Position numbers and translations under genes: made by a program. DNA of 47,509 bases from a virus (Duplodnaviria; Caudoviricetes), in the IMG/VR virus record IMGVR_UViG_3300011423_000002, positions 1 to 47,509 of that record; one strand, 5' to 3'. Of this stretch, positions 9,017 to 19,222 are shown one piece after another. Within the stretch, counting starts at the first letter, position 1. Each line of letters begins with the position of its first letter. Under the pieces are notes generated by a model, which was given only the letters and a program-made list of their open reading frames with translations, made no database searches and was not told the DNA's origin.

Positions 9017-10119
9017 TGGCATTCGTCGAATTCTTAAATAAACTTGGTTTGGCTATAACTCCATTTAGTCAGATTACTGAACCAACTATTTATTCTTCAA
9101 CTACTATTAATGCAGCGGGTGAAAGTACTGGTTTTGTTGGTAGAATATATCTTCCTGGTGGAACTGGAACTAGTAAAACAATTTCATCTGCTGGCGGAAA
9201 AATTTGGTTTTTTCCAGCTACAGTTGCTTGGGCATCAGCTGGAAGTACTATACGAGTAGGAATTCAGGATGTTAATACTGGAACCGGATTAGAAGATGGA
9301 ACTTATGATGTATTTGATGATTTAATACAAGGAGTTGATACACTTGTAACAAGTACAATAAAAGAAGTAATTATGTCGTCAGGAACTAAAACGATTGCTC
9401 ATGGTGATTTAATTGCAGTTGTAATGGAAATGACAGTACGAAATGGAACTGATTCAGTTAACATAAATCGTCTAATTTCATCATATAATTTTCCGTATAG
9501 TACTGGAGATACTGGTACTTTAATTAAAGTTGATGCTGGACCATTATGTGCAATTCAATTTGATGATGGTACAATTGGTCATTTTGGTGATTGGACTATG
9601 ATAGTTGGTCAAACACTTCAAACAGTTAATTCAGGTTCAACTCCTGATGAATATGCTATGGTATTTCAATTTCCTTTCAAATGTACAATTAATGCTTTAA
9701 TTTTACGTATAGGTGAAATTGATGCAGGTGAAGAAGCAACTGCACATTTAATAAAAGATCCATTCGGAGCTATCACTAATTTACAAACTGTAACAATTAA
9801 TTCAGCTTTAATGGCTCAAGCTTCTACTAATATTTCTAATACTATAATGGATATTCCTGAAACTACGATAGAAGCTAATACTGAATATGCAGTATCATAT
9901 AGACCTACTACAACTGGACCTCGAATAATTAGATTACTTACATTGGCTAATACCAATTTTAGATTAGCAAATTCATTCACTGTTTTAGGTGCGTCCCGAA
10001 CTGATTTGGGTGCATTTGCTAGTAGTACTACTGTTATTCCAGATTTAGGAGTTAGAATTAATAAAATTGATGTTAGTAGTGGTGGTGGTGGTGAGACTTC
10101 AGTTGCTTACATAGGATAA
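9016..10119 (+). CDS. Virion protein with two beta-sandwich domains (receptor-binding candidate)
   Basis: AT-rich, beta-rich, in fibre cluster, ends in GGGG linker. Confidence 0.55.
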   Translation: MAFVEFLNKLGLAITPFSQITEPTIYSSTTINAAGESTGFVGRIYLPGGTGTSKTISSAGGKIWFFPATVAWASAGSTIRVGIQDVNTGTGLEDGTYDVFDDLIQGVDTLVTSTIKEVIMSSGTKTIAHGDLIAVVMEMTVRNGTDSVNINRLISSYNFPYSTGDTGTLIKVDAGPLCAIQFDDGTIGHFGDWTMIVGQTLQTVNSGSTPDEYAMVFQFPFKCTINALILRIGEIDAGEEATAHLIKDPFGAITNLQTVTINSALMAQASTNISNTIMDIPETTIEANTEYAVSYRPTTTGPRIIRLLTLANTNFRLANSFTVLGASRTDLGAFASSTTVIPDLGVRINKIDVSSGGGGETSVAYIG

Positions 10120-10121
10120 AC

Positions 10122-11237
10122 ATGATTGCACAAGATTATCGTAAAACAAAAGAAACACATCAAATTGGGTTATCTACAGATAAACCTAATGCAGTGGATG
10201 TGTTGACTGGAACTTTATATTTTTCAACTGATACCAATATATTAGAACGATCTGATGGTATAGTATGGGAATTATATTCTTCATCGGATACTATAGGCAC
10301 AGGTAATGTCACTGGTCCTCTTTCATCCGTCGTGGATCGTGTCGCAACATATGCTAGTACGACCGGCAAAGTTATCAAGGATAGTGGCATTCTAAGTACA
10401 GATATTGCACGTAAAAGTGTAACTAATACTTTTAATGCTGGTCAAGAAATAGCTGCTGCATCACCAACAATATGGCTTCGTGAAACTGATCAACCTGCTG
10501 ATCAGCGGTTATGGTCATTCACATCTCTAGATCAAACATTCCAAATTTGGCCACTGACGGATGTTGGTGAGCAAATTAATACTGGATTGGCACTCAATCG
10601 TGCCGGTAATATAAGTGTCGCAGGTACTGTACTAGCAGCTGGTCTATCTACTACACCACTTAATGCATCTCAATTAACTTCAGGAACTGTGGATAATAAT
10701 CGTCTATCAACTAATGTTGCTAAGAAAGATAGTAATAATAATTTTACTGCTCCACAAACAATTAATGGAGCATTGACTGCTACTGGATTAATCAGTGGTA
10801 GTGTTGATGCTACTTTCGGGGCTGCAGTACGTGCTGGTACGGGCTTATATGAACGGGGTCGTACTCCGGCAGTAGGTGAATGGATTAATGTTCCATTCAA
10901 TGCAGCTAATTTCACTACACCTACGGCAGGAGCTACATTTGTAGTAACTGGAGCTAATTATTTCTATACATTAGTTGGTAAAACGGTATGTCTTTCATTA
11001 GTTATAGGTGGTGGACAAGCAACAATTACAGGAGCACCTGTTCGATTTCATATAACTCTTCCAATTGCTTCTAATCAATCTCATGGCGTACCTTTTTCTT
11101 ATTATGCATCAGGTCATGGTACAGGAATTTGCTTTACTAGTGGAACTGTATTAGATTTACTTCGTGATGTGACAGGTTTAACATATCCGGCTGGTGCAGT
11201 TTCTCTAGCTTTACAAATTATGTATTCGATCGCTTAA
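10122..11237 (+). CDS. Tail fibre
   Basis: GNVTGPLSSV...TTGKVIKDSG, LNASQLTSGT, NNFTAPQTING fibre repeats; C-terminal YTLVGKTV head domain. Confidence 0.75.
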   Translation: MIAQDYRKTKETHQIGLSTDKPNAVDVLTGTLYFSTDTNILERSDGIVWELYSSSDTIGTGNVTGPLSSVVDRVATYASTTGKVIKDSGILSTDIARKSVTNTFNAGQEIAAASPTIWLRETDQPADQRLWSFTSLDQTFQIWPLTDVGEQINTGLALNRAGNISVAGTVLAAGLSTTPLNASQLTSGTVDNNRLSTNVAKKDSNNNFTAPQTINGALTATGLISGSVDATFGAAVRAGTGLYERGRTPAVGEWINVPFNAANFTTPTAGATFVVTGANYFYTLVGKTVCLSLVIGGGQATITGAPVRFHITLPIASNQSHGVPFSYYASGHGTGICFTSGTVLDLLRDVTGLTYPAGAVSLALQIMYSIA

Positions 11238-11252
11238 CATAGGATAAAGAAC

Positions 11253-12461
11253 ATGGCATGGGGTGATGACGCTCGTAGCCGTAATCAAGTAGATTACGCC
11301 CAGAATCAGATGGGTGCCGCGAATCAGTATGCCCAGAATCAAATGGGTAATGCTAATGCGCGGTCTGGTGGTCAGATCGACTATCAGCGTAATCGATTTG
11401 AACAACAGCAAAATCCCATAATGGAGCAGTTTGCCCGTAATTATGGGCAGGGCACCGAACAGGGGATGGGTGATTATACCGACATCATGAATCGGTATCG
11501 TCAGCTATATACTGCTGCGGGTACACCCGAAGATGGTGGGGGCGGTGGAGGTGGTGGGGGTGGATATGGTATGGTTGATCCATATCTTATCAACGTCAAA
11601 GATCCATTCAACTCCTATGCTGGCTATCAGGAGTTCTCTCAGACAGGTGGATATAGTCCTGATGATGTCGCGAATATGCGCGCTCGTGGGATCTCGCCCA
11701 TTAGAGCTGCCTACGCGAATGCTCAGAGAGGTATATCCAGACAGCGATCACTACAGGGTGGATATTCACCTAATGCTACCGCATCTATGGCTCGAATGGC
11801 GCGTGAACAGGGGCAGGCTGGAGCCGATGCTACACAGAATGTAGAAGCGGGATTAGCTCAGATGCGTAATCAGGGCAGACTAGCCGGACTAGGTGGAATG
11901 ACTGATGTAGAGAAAGAACGCTATGCAATGGACTATAAGCAGCAGGTGTATAATGCACAGGCACAGGCTTCCGCTGCTTCTCAGAATGCTAGTGCTGCTG
12001 GAGCTAACGCTGCTGCTAGTAGGGCTAGTGCTGAAGCTAATACAGGAAATCAATTCAAAGCTCTGAGTGGAATGACTAATCTGTATGGAACTACACCGGG
12101 CATGGCTGATACATTCGGTCGTCAGGTACTCGGTGGACTAGATACTGGTGCTCAATTTGGTACTGGTGTGATGGGTGCTGAGAACAATCGTGCCAATACA
12201 ATAGGTCAGGGTGCTACTGGATATCAACAGAATGTAGGTCAGGGCCAGATAGGATTAATGGGTGGTAGAAATCAAGCTAGTTCTCAGCCTGGTAATCTCG
12301 AAAGAGGTGTCAATCTAGCAGGTACTATTGCTAATGCAGCAGCTCCGTGGGTAGACTACTTCGGTAATCGTAATAGACAGACTCAACCTGTGATTCAATC
12401 TAGGCCCACTTCTCCTGCAATTCTACCTAATCGTGCTCCAGTTTATCAGAATCGACCATAG
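11253..12461 (+). CDS. Internal virion / DNA ejection protein
   Basis: Gly/Ala/Gln/Asn-rich helical protein, first of three after fibres. Confidence 0.6.
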   Translation: MAWGDDARSRNQVDYAQNQMGAANQYAQNQMGNANARSGGQIDYQRNRFEQQQNPIMEQFARNYGQGTEQGMGDYTDIMNRYRQLYTAAGTPEDGGGGGGGGGGYGMVDPYLINVKDPFNSYAGYQEFSQTGGYSPDDVANMRARGISPIRAAYANAQRGISRQRSLQGGYSPNATASMARMAREQGQAGADATQNVEAGLAQMRNQGRLAGLGGMTDVEKERYAMDYKQQVYNAQAQASAASQNASAAGANAAASRASAEANTGNQFKALSGMTNLYGTTPGMADTFGRQVLGGLDTGAQFGTGVMGAENNRANTIGQGATGYQQNVGQGQIGLMGGRNQASSQPGNLERGVNLAGTIANAAAPWVDYFGNRNRQTQPVIQSRPTSPAILPNRAPVYQNRP

Positions 12462-12469
12462 GAGATATC

Positions 12470-13843
12470 ATGGGCCAAACATTCGGTCGATTCAATACTG
12501 AAAGACCACGTGAACAGAAGATATTTGATACCTTCGAGAACATTGGTCCTACAGACTATGAGTTTAATTCCGATCATCCATTCGGTTCATCTGAAGGTGA
12601 TTATGGCTTCGGAATGGACCCCTATGATGAACCTAGAGCAAGGAATTTCAATCTATTAGGTGATCAATTTGAGAATCCATTTGGATCATCTGATGATGAC
12701 TATGGATTCTCTATGGATTCACCATTTGGAAGTAATTTTGGTCAAGGTAATCTAGGTAAGATAGGTGAACAGGCTGCGCAACCATTGACACCTACTAGTA
12801 GACTGACCAATCAGAAGCAATTCGATGATTTATATCATCCTGAATCGGCTGCATCAAATCGATTCAATGATCTGATTAGTCAGTTTCCACAGCGTAAGGG
12901 ACCAAGCTTAGGACGTACTATAGTAGCTAGTGGTATGAGTTTAACTAATCCTGAAGGTGGTCAGAAATTCCTTGAAACTCCTCATCTACGTGATCTAGCT
13001 GATTGGAAGGCACAGATTGAACCAGCTCAGAAGGCTGCTGATCTAGAACGTACTACTAACGTGAATGAACGTCAATATGCATATCAAACACGTCAAGCCG
13101 AACTAGCTGAAGGAAGAAATGAAATTGCCAGAGATAGAGCTGAAGTATATCGACTTGCTCAAATGAAAAATCAATATACATTTGATACTAAAGGTGAATA
13201 TATAATTGCAATGAATAAAGATACTGGTGTAGCTACTCCAACTCAAATAAAAACTAGTAATTTAAGTGATATGGATAAAGCTATGTTGACTAGAGAAACT
13301 CAATTGCAGGTACAGGAATCACGTAATCAGGGTGCATTGGATGTTAAACGGGCTGAACCTGGATATAATCCATCTGAATCACCAAATCAGCGAAAAATCG
13401 CTAGAGCAGGTGTAGCTGAAAAATATCTCAATTCAATCGAATATGGATCATTTGTTAAGAAAGATGCTACTGGTGGGGGCTTTACATTAGTGAAACCTGC
13501 TGAACGTAGTGGATTCTTCAATGATATGCTTGGAAGAACAGGACAACCAGTTCCAGGTACACCAACTAATGCACAATATCGTAGAATGTACATAGATATT
13601 TATGGTGAGGAACCACCTACATCTCATTATGATACTGATGAACCCACTCCTAGACCTACTACTCCTCAATTTGGCAATACTACTCCAACTAGACCGAATG
13701 GACCTGTATCAGAGGGGCCAGATCCTGATGAGGGTTTACCACGTACTCCTATGACTCCGGGCTTGATACCTGAAGGAACCATTCAAATAAAGAATGGTAA
13801 GAAGCGAGTGATGGGCAAAAACGGCGCGTGGATTTACGAGTAA
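12470..13843 (+). CDS. Internal virion / DNA ejection protein
   Basis: AGGAG RBS; PFGSS..DYGF.MD repeats; position. Confidence 0.6.
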   Translation: MGQTFGRFNTERPREQKIFDTFENIGPTDYEFNSDHPFGSSEGDYGFGMDPYDEPRARNFNLLGDQFENPFGSSDDDYGFSMDSPFGSNFGQGNLGKIGEQAAQPLTPTSRLTNQKQFDDLYHPESAASNRFNDLISQFPQRKGPSLGRTIVASGMSLTNPEGGQKFLETPHLRDLADWKAQIEPAQKAADLERTTNVNERQYAYQTRQAELAEGRNEIARDRAEVYRLAQMKNQYTFDTKGEYIIAMNKDTGVATPTQIKTSNLSDMDKAMLTRETQLQVQESRNQGALDVKRAEPGYNPSESPNQRKIARAGVAEKYLNSIEYGSFVKKDATGGGFTLVKPAERSGFFNDMLGRTGQPVPGTPTNAQYRRMYIDIYGEEPPTSHYDTDEPTPRPTTPQFGNTTPTRPNGPVSEGPDPDEGLPRTPMTPGLIPEGTIQIKNGKKRVMGKNGAWIYE

Positions 13844-13848
13844 TTATC

Positions 13849-16800
13849 ATGCCACAAGGTGTACGTACTTCAATTAGTGGTGGATCGGATGACGGCTGGA
13901 CGACTATATATACGCCCCCGTCCAATCAATCATCATTCAATCAACCGGATGACGATGATGAGGGCTGGGAAACAATATACAGTCCATCACCCATATTTGG
14001 TCAATACAATACTGGTGGTATTGACTACAATAACTCATTTCAGCGACTTCATCCTCAGGAATATGAGGATCTGTATAGTGGTGGATTCGAGGGTGCGCCT
14101 CCATTAAGTCAATGGGGTGAGCGCGAACCTACATGGCCTGAAGCTATTAGAGCTGGTGCTACTCGTGTTATACCTGCTGTTGCTGGTAGTATTGGTGGCG
14201 GCATGGTTGGTGGTCTGTGGGGTGGTGCAGCAGGTGGTGGTACAGGTGCATTAGTAGGATCGGAATATGCACAAAGATACGAACTAGAACATGGATTACG
14301 CCGGAATTATAATCCTTGGTTGACTGCTGTAGAAACTCTTGGGGGTGCTATTAATCCTGGTGGTGCTGGACCAATTGCAGGTGCTAGTGCCAAGGAAATA
14401 GCTAAGTGGGCAGCTAAACGAAAGGCTATTGATGCAGTTACAGGTGGTGGACTAAATGTAGCTAGTACTATTGGAACATCACTGGCTGAAAAAGGTGAAA
14501 TGCCATCAGTAGGTCAAGGTCTATCATCCTTTGGGATTGGTACGGCACTTGGTTATGGAACAAGTAAATATTTTACTGGCCGTCATGTAAATAAACTTCT
14601 GGGTAAATTAGGTGCTGAGGAAATTACATCTAAGTTAGGTCAAGCTGCTCCTACGCCCACAATCACTCCCGATATTCCTCCTGCCGCTGCATCAGGACTA
14701 CCACCCGGAGTACGTGAAATCATTCCGGGTCTGGTTGAAATTACTCATCCTAATGATGCTAGTGTAGCTCTATTAATAAAGCAGGGATATAAGCCTGCTG
14801 GCACGAGTATTAATGGTAAACCCCAGATGGTATTAGGTACGCCCGTCGGTGGTGCGCAACCTGTACCCGGAACTACTGTAAATACTGGTGCTCCTGGTGA
14901 AGTTGTTGTACTAAATGATCCTAGTAAGCAGGATCGAATAAAGATGGAATCTCGTGGATTTGTAATAGATAAGATAGATGAAGTACTTGATGCAGATGGA
15001 GCAGTACAGAGCTACAATGTAACATTCCGTAAGGGTCAACCATCAGCAGTCGCACCTGCCCCTCCTGCGGCACCTCCACCTCCTGATATTCCATTACAGC
15101 CACCACCTACTGAATATCCCCTACAGACACCTAATCCACAAGGTCCACAGATTGATCTACCACTACGATCACCGGGACAAGGTGACTATCCATTACAGAC
15201 ATCACGACCATATGGACCTGATCCTGATCAACCATTAAATATTCAACCACGTGGGAATGAATTCGGTGACTTCCCTACATATGATCAGCCTATCGGACCA
15301 CAGAATTATGAACTACCACTGACTACACAGATAGGACCAGACTATCCTCGTCAATCGCCGGGTGTACCTCCTTCAGAATTACCATTGAATCAGGCTCCTG
15401 GTGTACCTCCGTCTGATTTACCCCTCAATACACCACAAGCTAATGCAATACGTCAGATAGAGGAACAGATTCAAGCTACGTTTGCGCAGCTTCGGAGTGA
15501 TCCCAATAATCCTGCACTCATACAGCAGGTTCGCGCACTATACGCAGCTAAGCGTCGTCTACTGATGATGGATCAGCCTATGCGTCCACCTGCTCCACCT
15601 CCGCAAGAGATGGGTGGGATGAATTTGGATGCTATGAGTCCAGTTCCATTTCCACCTACTAGATCTCCACGTGAAGGATGGGGTGGTGGATCTATGTCAT
15701 TAGCTGAGCCTCCTGTATTAGATTTGGATGCGATGCGCGCCGCTCAGATACCGGAGCCGGGTCCACGTATTCAACAGCATGAAGGACTAAATCTCGATCT
15801 GATGCCTGTGAATGAAGCACCTAGAGGCATGGCACCTGATGGTCAGCCGTGGTCTAGTCCAAATAGAATTAATATGACTGCCGCTAGACGTACTGGACTA
15901 GAGGATCTACCTATCGAACAGTTGGATAGAGCATTAGAGAGTGGTGATCCTAACATACGTGGAGCTGCGTTAGCTGAAGTACAGCGTCGTTCTAAAGGAC
16001 CAGTTGAATACAGTGAATCAGTATTCCAAGATAGGAATGCTGAGCCATCCAGTCCACTTACTAGGGAATCATCATTCTGGAGAGATGAAAGGGGTTCAAT
16101 TGGTGAACCACCTAAATATAAGAATGTTACTGCACAGAATTGGTATGACTACATGAAGCAGTTGGACTCCGAGGGAGCACCTGATACTGCATATCGTGAC
16201 ATCATGTCTACTGCCGGTAAAGCAGGATTGAAGCGTGGTGAAACATGGCGTGGTAAGGTATTGAAAGCAATTGATTATTTCGAGTCATTTGCGAAAGATG
16301 ATAAGGGTGAATTCGATCCAGTCGCAATCATTACGAATTTGAGAAAGAAACTAGGACGTGAACCTACTGATGCTGAGATAGTCATGGCTACTGATAGAGC
16401 CAAGCGATTTGAAGGTAGTGATCTACCATTACAGCCAGGTACCCGAACTGGTGACTTGACTACATTCCCATCGACTAAATTCGATTACTATAGATTACCT
16501 GATGGTCGAGTGATTCCAACTGATGCGACTGCAACGAAGGGCGCACCTACTACTGGATTCACTACTAAAGATGGTAAGCAGGTCACAGCTACTCTAATGA
16601 ATGCAGCCGAACAGACTGATGCATCAGGTAGACCCAAGCTAGGTTCACCGTTGCTACGTGATACTAATATCGGTGACTATGTGAATGAAATAAAGGATCG
16701 TATTGCAACGAATAAGGGTAATATTGATGCCGATGAAGAAGGATTCGGTAAATTAGTGAATGCTGCTCGTGAAAGGATGGCTAAGGAGAAAGATCCAGCA

Positions 16801-18699
16801 GTAATCAAGGACAATTTGGAACGAATGAATGCACAGAGATTGAATTCAGAGCGACGTGGTACTCGTGATGAAAAAGTTGTAATGACTGTAGTGTGGAAGG
16901 CTGCTAAGGACCGATATGACGAGGTATTCGGTAAGCTCAAGACTGATGATCTTCCATTGAATGAACCACCTCCATCTGTGCAGAATCAGACTGGGCCTAA
17001 TGAATGGGACTTTACTAAAAAGGATAAACCATATGGATTATTACCGGATGATGCTTTACAATCTCCTTATGGTGAAGATGTATTCCCTGGAGAATTTCCT
17101 GATGATGTAGATACTGGATTTAGATCATTTCCATCTAAAGGCAAACCTGGTAGTGAGAATATTAAATATCTAAGTGATGAACCACACGGACCTGGTGATT
17201 TTACAGTTCCGGACGATAGAATAACTAACCAGAATATTACACCAGAGGAACGAGCTAAGTTGATGGATACTATCAGGAATACACCTGAGTATCCACGCGC
17301 AGCTCGACCCGGTGATACTCCATCTAAGGCACCTAATGATCCAATCACTTCACTGTCACTAATCAAGAAGTTAATAGCTGATGATACTGGATCAGTAGAT
17401 ATAGAAAATCATCTCAAGGCATTAGGTAGGGTAGCTGGAGAAGTAGTTGAAATTCCACGTGGTCTATTGACTGCACTCGATCTATCAGCTACATTACGTC
17501 AGGGACTTCCACTTGTTGGAACTAAAGCATGGAATAAAGCATGGGGTCCAATGGTTAGTGCATTGGGGAGTGATCGCGCCTATAAGTCTGTCATGCAGGA
17601 GATACTTGATAGACCTATGTTCGTAGCTGACCCTGTGACTGGTGTATCATGGGCTAAGAAGCATGGAATGGATATACTTGACTTGGACGCACATTCGCTC
17701 ACTTCACGTGAGGAAGGATTCGCATCTAAATTCGTGAACTCAATACCGGGATTCCGTGCATCCAATCGTGCTTACTCGGCATTCCTAAATTCACTACGCG
17801 CCGGTACATTCGAGAAGTTAGTCGCTGATGCATCAGGTGCGTCTATGGGTAACATCATGGACGATCCACTACGTAATCCTAAGTTGGCTAGAGAGATAGC
17901 CGATTATGTGAATACAGCTACTGGGCGTGGTCCACTCAAGTTATCATTCCTTGGAGAAAAGGAACATAGCTTAGAGAAGATGGCTCCGATACTAGCTCGT
18001 GCGCTATTCTCACCACGACTGATGGCATCACGTGTACGTATGCTCAGTCCGGGTACATATGCGAATGCTGCTCCATTCGTTCGACGACAGTATCTAGAAT
18101 CGATGGCTAGAACTGCTGGCGCGTGGATGACATTCGCTGGACTAGGTGCTATGGCAGGTGGTGATGTTAACTATTGGGACCCAACTAGTGCTGACTTTAT
18201 GAAAGTCAGATTTGGTAACACTAGAATAGATCCTGGTGGTGGGTTCCAACAGTACTTGACAGCATTTGCTAGGAATATGACTGGATGGTTTACTTCGTCT
18301 GAGGGTAGACCGTTTGAACTTGGTGCGGGGTATAGAGCAGAGAGTAGAGAAGAAGTAACTGAGAGATTTGGTGAGAATAAGTTCGCTCCTGTTCCTAAAC
18401 TTTTCTGGGATTTGGCGAAAGCTACTCAATATCGATCAGTATTTTTGGGGGATAGATTAACTCAGCTAATCCCTCCAATGATTATGCAAGATGGCTATGA
18501 AATAGCTCAGAAGAATCCTGATCTATTCTTCTTTTTGATGCCCTTCGTAGGATTAGGCATGGGCACACAGACTTATGAGGCGGGTGAAGTAGAGAGTCGA
18601 TTCATTCCTCCTGAACAAGACTACGAATATAAGGGTGGTTCTGTATTTAGCCAGCACCCATTCCATCCGGGTGGTGCTATGTATTGGGGGCCGAATTAG
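13849..18699 (+). CDS. Large internal virion / ejection protein (about 1616 aa)
   Basis: Gly-rich hydrophobic segment near N-terminus, long Pro-rich repeats, helical C-terminal domain; last late gene; ATG at 13849. Confidence 0.7.
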   Translation: MPQGVRTSISGGSDDGWTTIYTPPSNQSSFNQPDDDDEGWETIYSPSPIFGQYNTGGIDYNNSFQRLHPQEYEDLYSGGFEGAPPLSQWGEREPTWPEAIRAGATRVIPAVAGSIGGGMVGGLWGGAAGGGTGALVGSEYAQRYELEHGLRRNYNPWLTAVETLGGAINPGGAGPIAGASAKEIAKWAAKRKAIDAVTGGGLNVASTIGTSLAEKGEMPSVGQGLSSFGIGTALGYGTSKYFTGRHVNKLLGKLGAEEITSKLGQAAPTPTITPDIPPAAASGLPPGVREIIPGLVEITHPNDASVALLIKQGYKPAGTSINGKPQMVLGTPVGGAQPVPGTTVNTGAPGEVVVLNDPSKQDRIKMESRGFVIDKIDEVLDADGAVQSYNVTFRKGQPSAVAPAPPAAPPPPDIPLQPPPTEYPLQTPNPQGPQIDLPLRSPGQGDYPLQTSRPYGPDPDQPLNIQPRGNEFGDFPTYDQPIGPQNYELPLTTQIGPDYPRQSPGVPPSELPLNQAPGVPPSDLPLNTPQANAIRQIEEQIQATFAQLRSDPNNPALIQQVRALYAAKRRLLMMDQPMRPPAPPPQEMGGMNLDAMSPVPFPPTRSPREGWGGGSMSLAEPPVLDLDAMRAAQIPEPGPRIQQHEGLNLDLMPVNEAPRGMAPDGQPWSSPNRINMTAARRTGLEDLPIEQLDRALESGDPNIRGAALAEVQRRSKGPVEYSESVFQDRNAEPSSPLTRESSFWRDERGSIGEPPKYKNVTAQNWYDYMKQLDSEGAPDTAYRDIMSTAGKAGLKRGETWRGKVLKAIDYFESFAKDDKGEFDPVAIITNLRKKLGREPTDAEIVMATDRAKRFEGSDLPLQPGTRTGDLTTFPSTKFDYYRLPDGRVIPTDATATKGAPTTGFTTKDGKQVTATLMNAAEQTDASGRPKLGSPLLRDTNIGDYVNEIKDRIATNKGNIDADEEGFGKLVNAARERMAKEKDPAVIKDNLERMNAQRLNSERRGTRDEKVVMTVVWKAAKDRYDEVFGKLKTDDLPLNEPPPSVQNQTGPNEWDFTKKDKPYGLLPDDALQSPYGEDVFPGEFPDDVDTGFRSFPSKGKPGSENIKYLSDEPHGPGDFTVPDDRITNQNITPEERAKLMDTIRNTPEYPRAARPGDTPSKAPNDPITSLSLIKKLIADDTGSVDIENHLKALGRVAGEVVEIPRGLLTALDLSATLRQGLPLVGTKAWNKAWGPMVSALGSDRAYKSVMQEILDRPMFVADPVTGVSWAKKHGMDILDLDAHSLTSREEGFASKFVNSIPGFRASNRAYSAFLNSLRAGTFEKLVADASGASMGNIMDDPLRNPKLAREIADYVNTATGRGPLKLSFLGEKEHSLEKMAPILARALFSPRLMASRVRMLSPGTYANAAPFVRRQYLESMARTAGAWMTFAGLGAMAGGDVNYWDPTSADFMKVRFGNTRIDPGGGFQQYLTAFARNMTGWFTSSEGRPFELGAGYRAESREEVTERFGENKFAPVPKLFWDLAKATQYRSVFLGDRLTQLIPPMIMQDGYEIAQKNPDLFFFLMPFVGLGMGTQTYEAGEVESRFIPPEQDYEYKGGSVFSQHPFHPGGAMYWGPN

Positions 18700-18901
18700 A
18701 TTCTTCAACATCGTAAATAGCAGGACGCGCCTTCCGACACTTAGGGTCCGCGCACTTCTTATTACGACCGAAATTAGTTAAATTGCAATCAGGACACTTC
18801 CAATGTTTACAATTTAGATACCACTTAATGAAATCAATTCTCTGTGCATTCATTTCATCAAATTGTACCTCCTCACGCGCCGTTGGTATATCTATTGTCA
18901 T
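18677..18901 (-). CDS. Small protein with RanBP2-type Zn finger
   Basis: W-K-C-P-D-C-x3-N-x6-C-x4-C-x3-RP; CAGGAG RBS. Confidence 0.7.
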   Translation of the reverse strand: MTIDIPTAREEVQFDEMNAQRIDFIKWYLNCKHWKCPDCNLTNFGRNKKCADPKCRKARPAIYDVEESNSAPNT

Positions 18902-19221
18902 GGCTGCTCCTGACGGCAGGCGGCGAGATAGATGCAGTCATCAGCGTGCCGCAGATCGTCGTTGCCGTATGACCACAGGTGGCGGCAGTAAAAGCACATC
19001 CGCGCGCCATCCGATGAACGTTGAAACTCCGGACCTACGGCCAATAATCGAGTCAATAGGTCAGCCAGCGCGAGATCCGGCTGGGGGGATGCCTCCTGCG
19101 CGGTGAGGGCGGCTGCCATGTCCGCACCGTATTTTAGTAACGTGCCGACGTTGCCGCGTCCATTGGAATAGTCCTGCACAGCTTGTGACCACTGCTCTCT
19201 GAGCGTCTGGTACGTATCCAT
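18898..19221 (-). CDS. Hypothetical protein, GC-rich
   Basis: CFYC...H...C; translationally coupled on both sides. Confidence 0.7.
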   Translation of the reverse strand: MDTYQTLREQWSQAVQDYSNGRGNVGTLLKYGADMAAALTAQEASPQPDLALADLLTRLLAVGPEFQRSSDGARMCFYCRHLWSYGNDDLRHADDCIYLAACRQEQP

Positions 19222-19222
19222 A

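Noticed and set aside
10122-11237. Diversity-generating retroelement target
   Set aside because: No reverse transcriptase and no template/variable repeat pair seen
13849-18699. Virion RNA polymerase to read the hairpins
   Set aside because: No DxxGR, motif A/B/C or DxDGD polymerase signatures seen; much of the protein is low complexity
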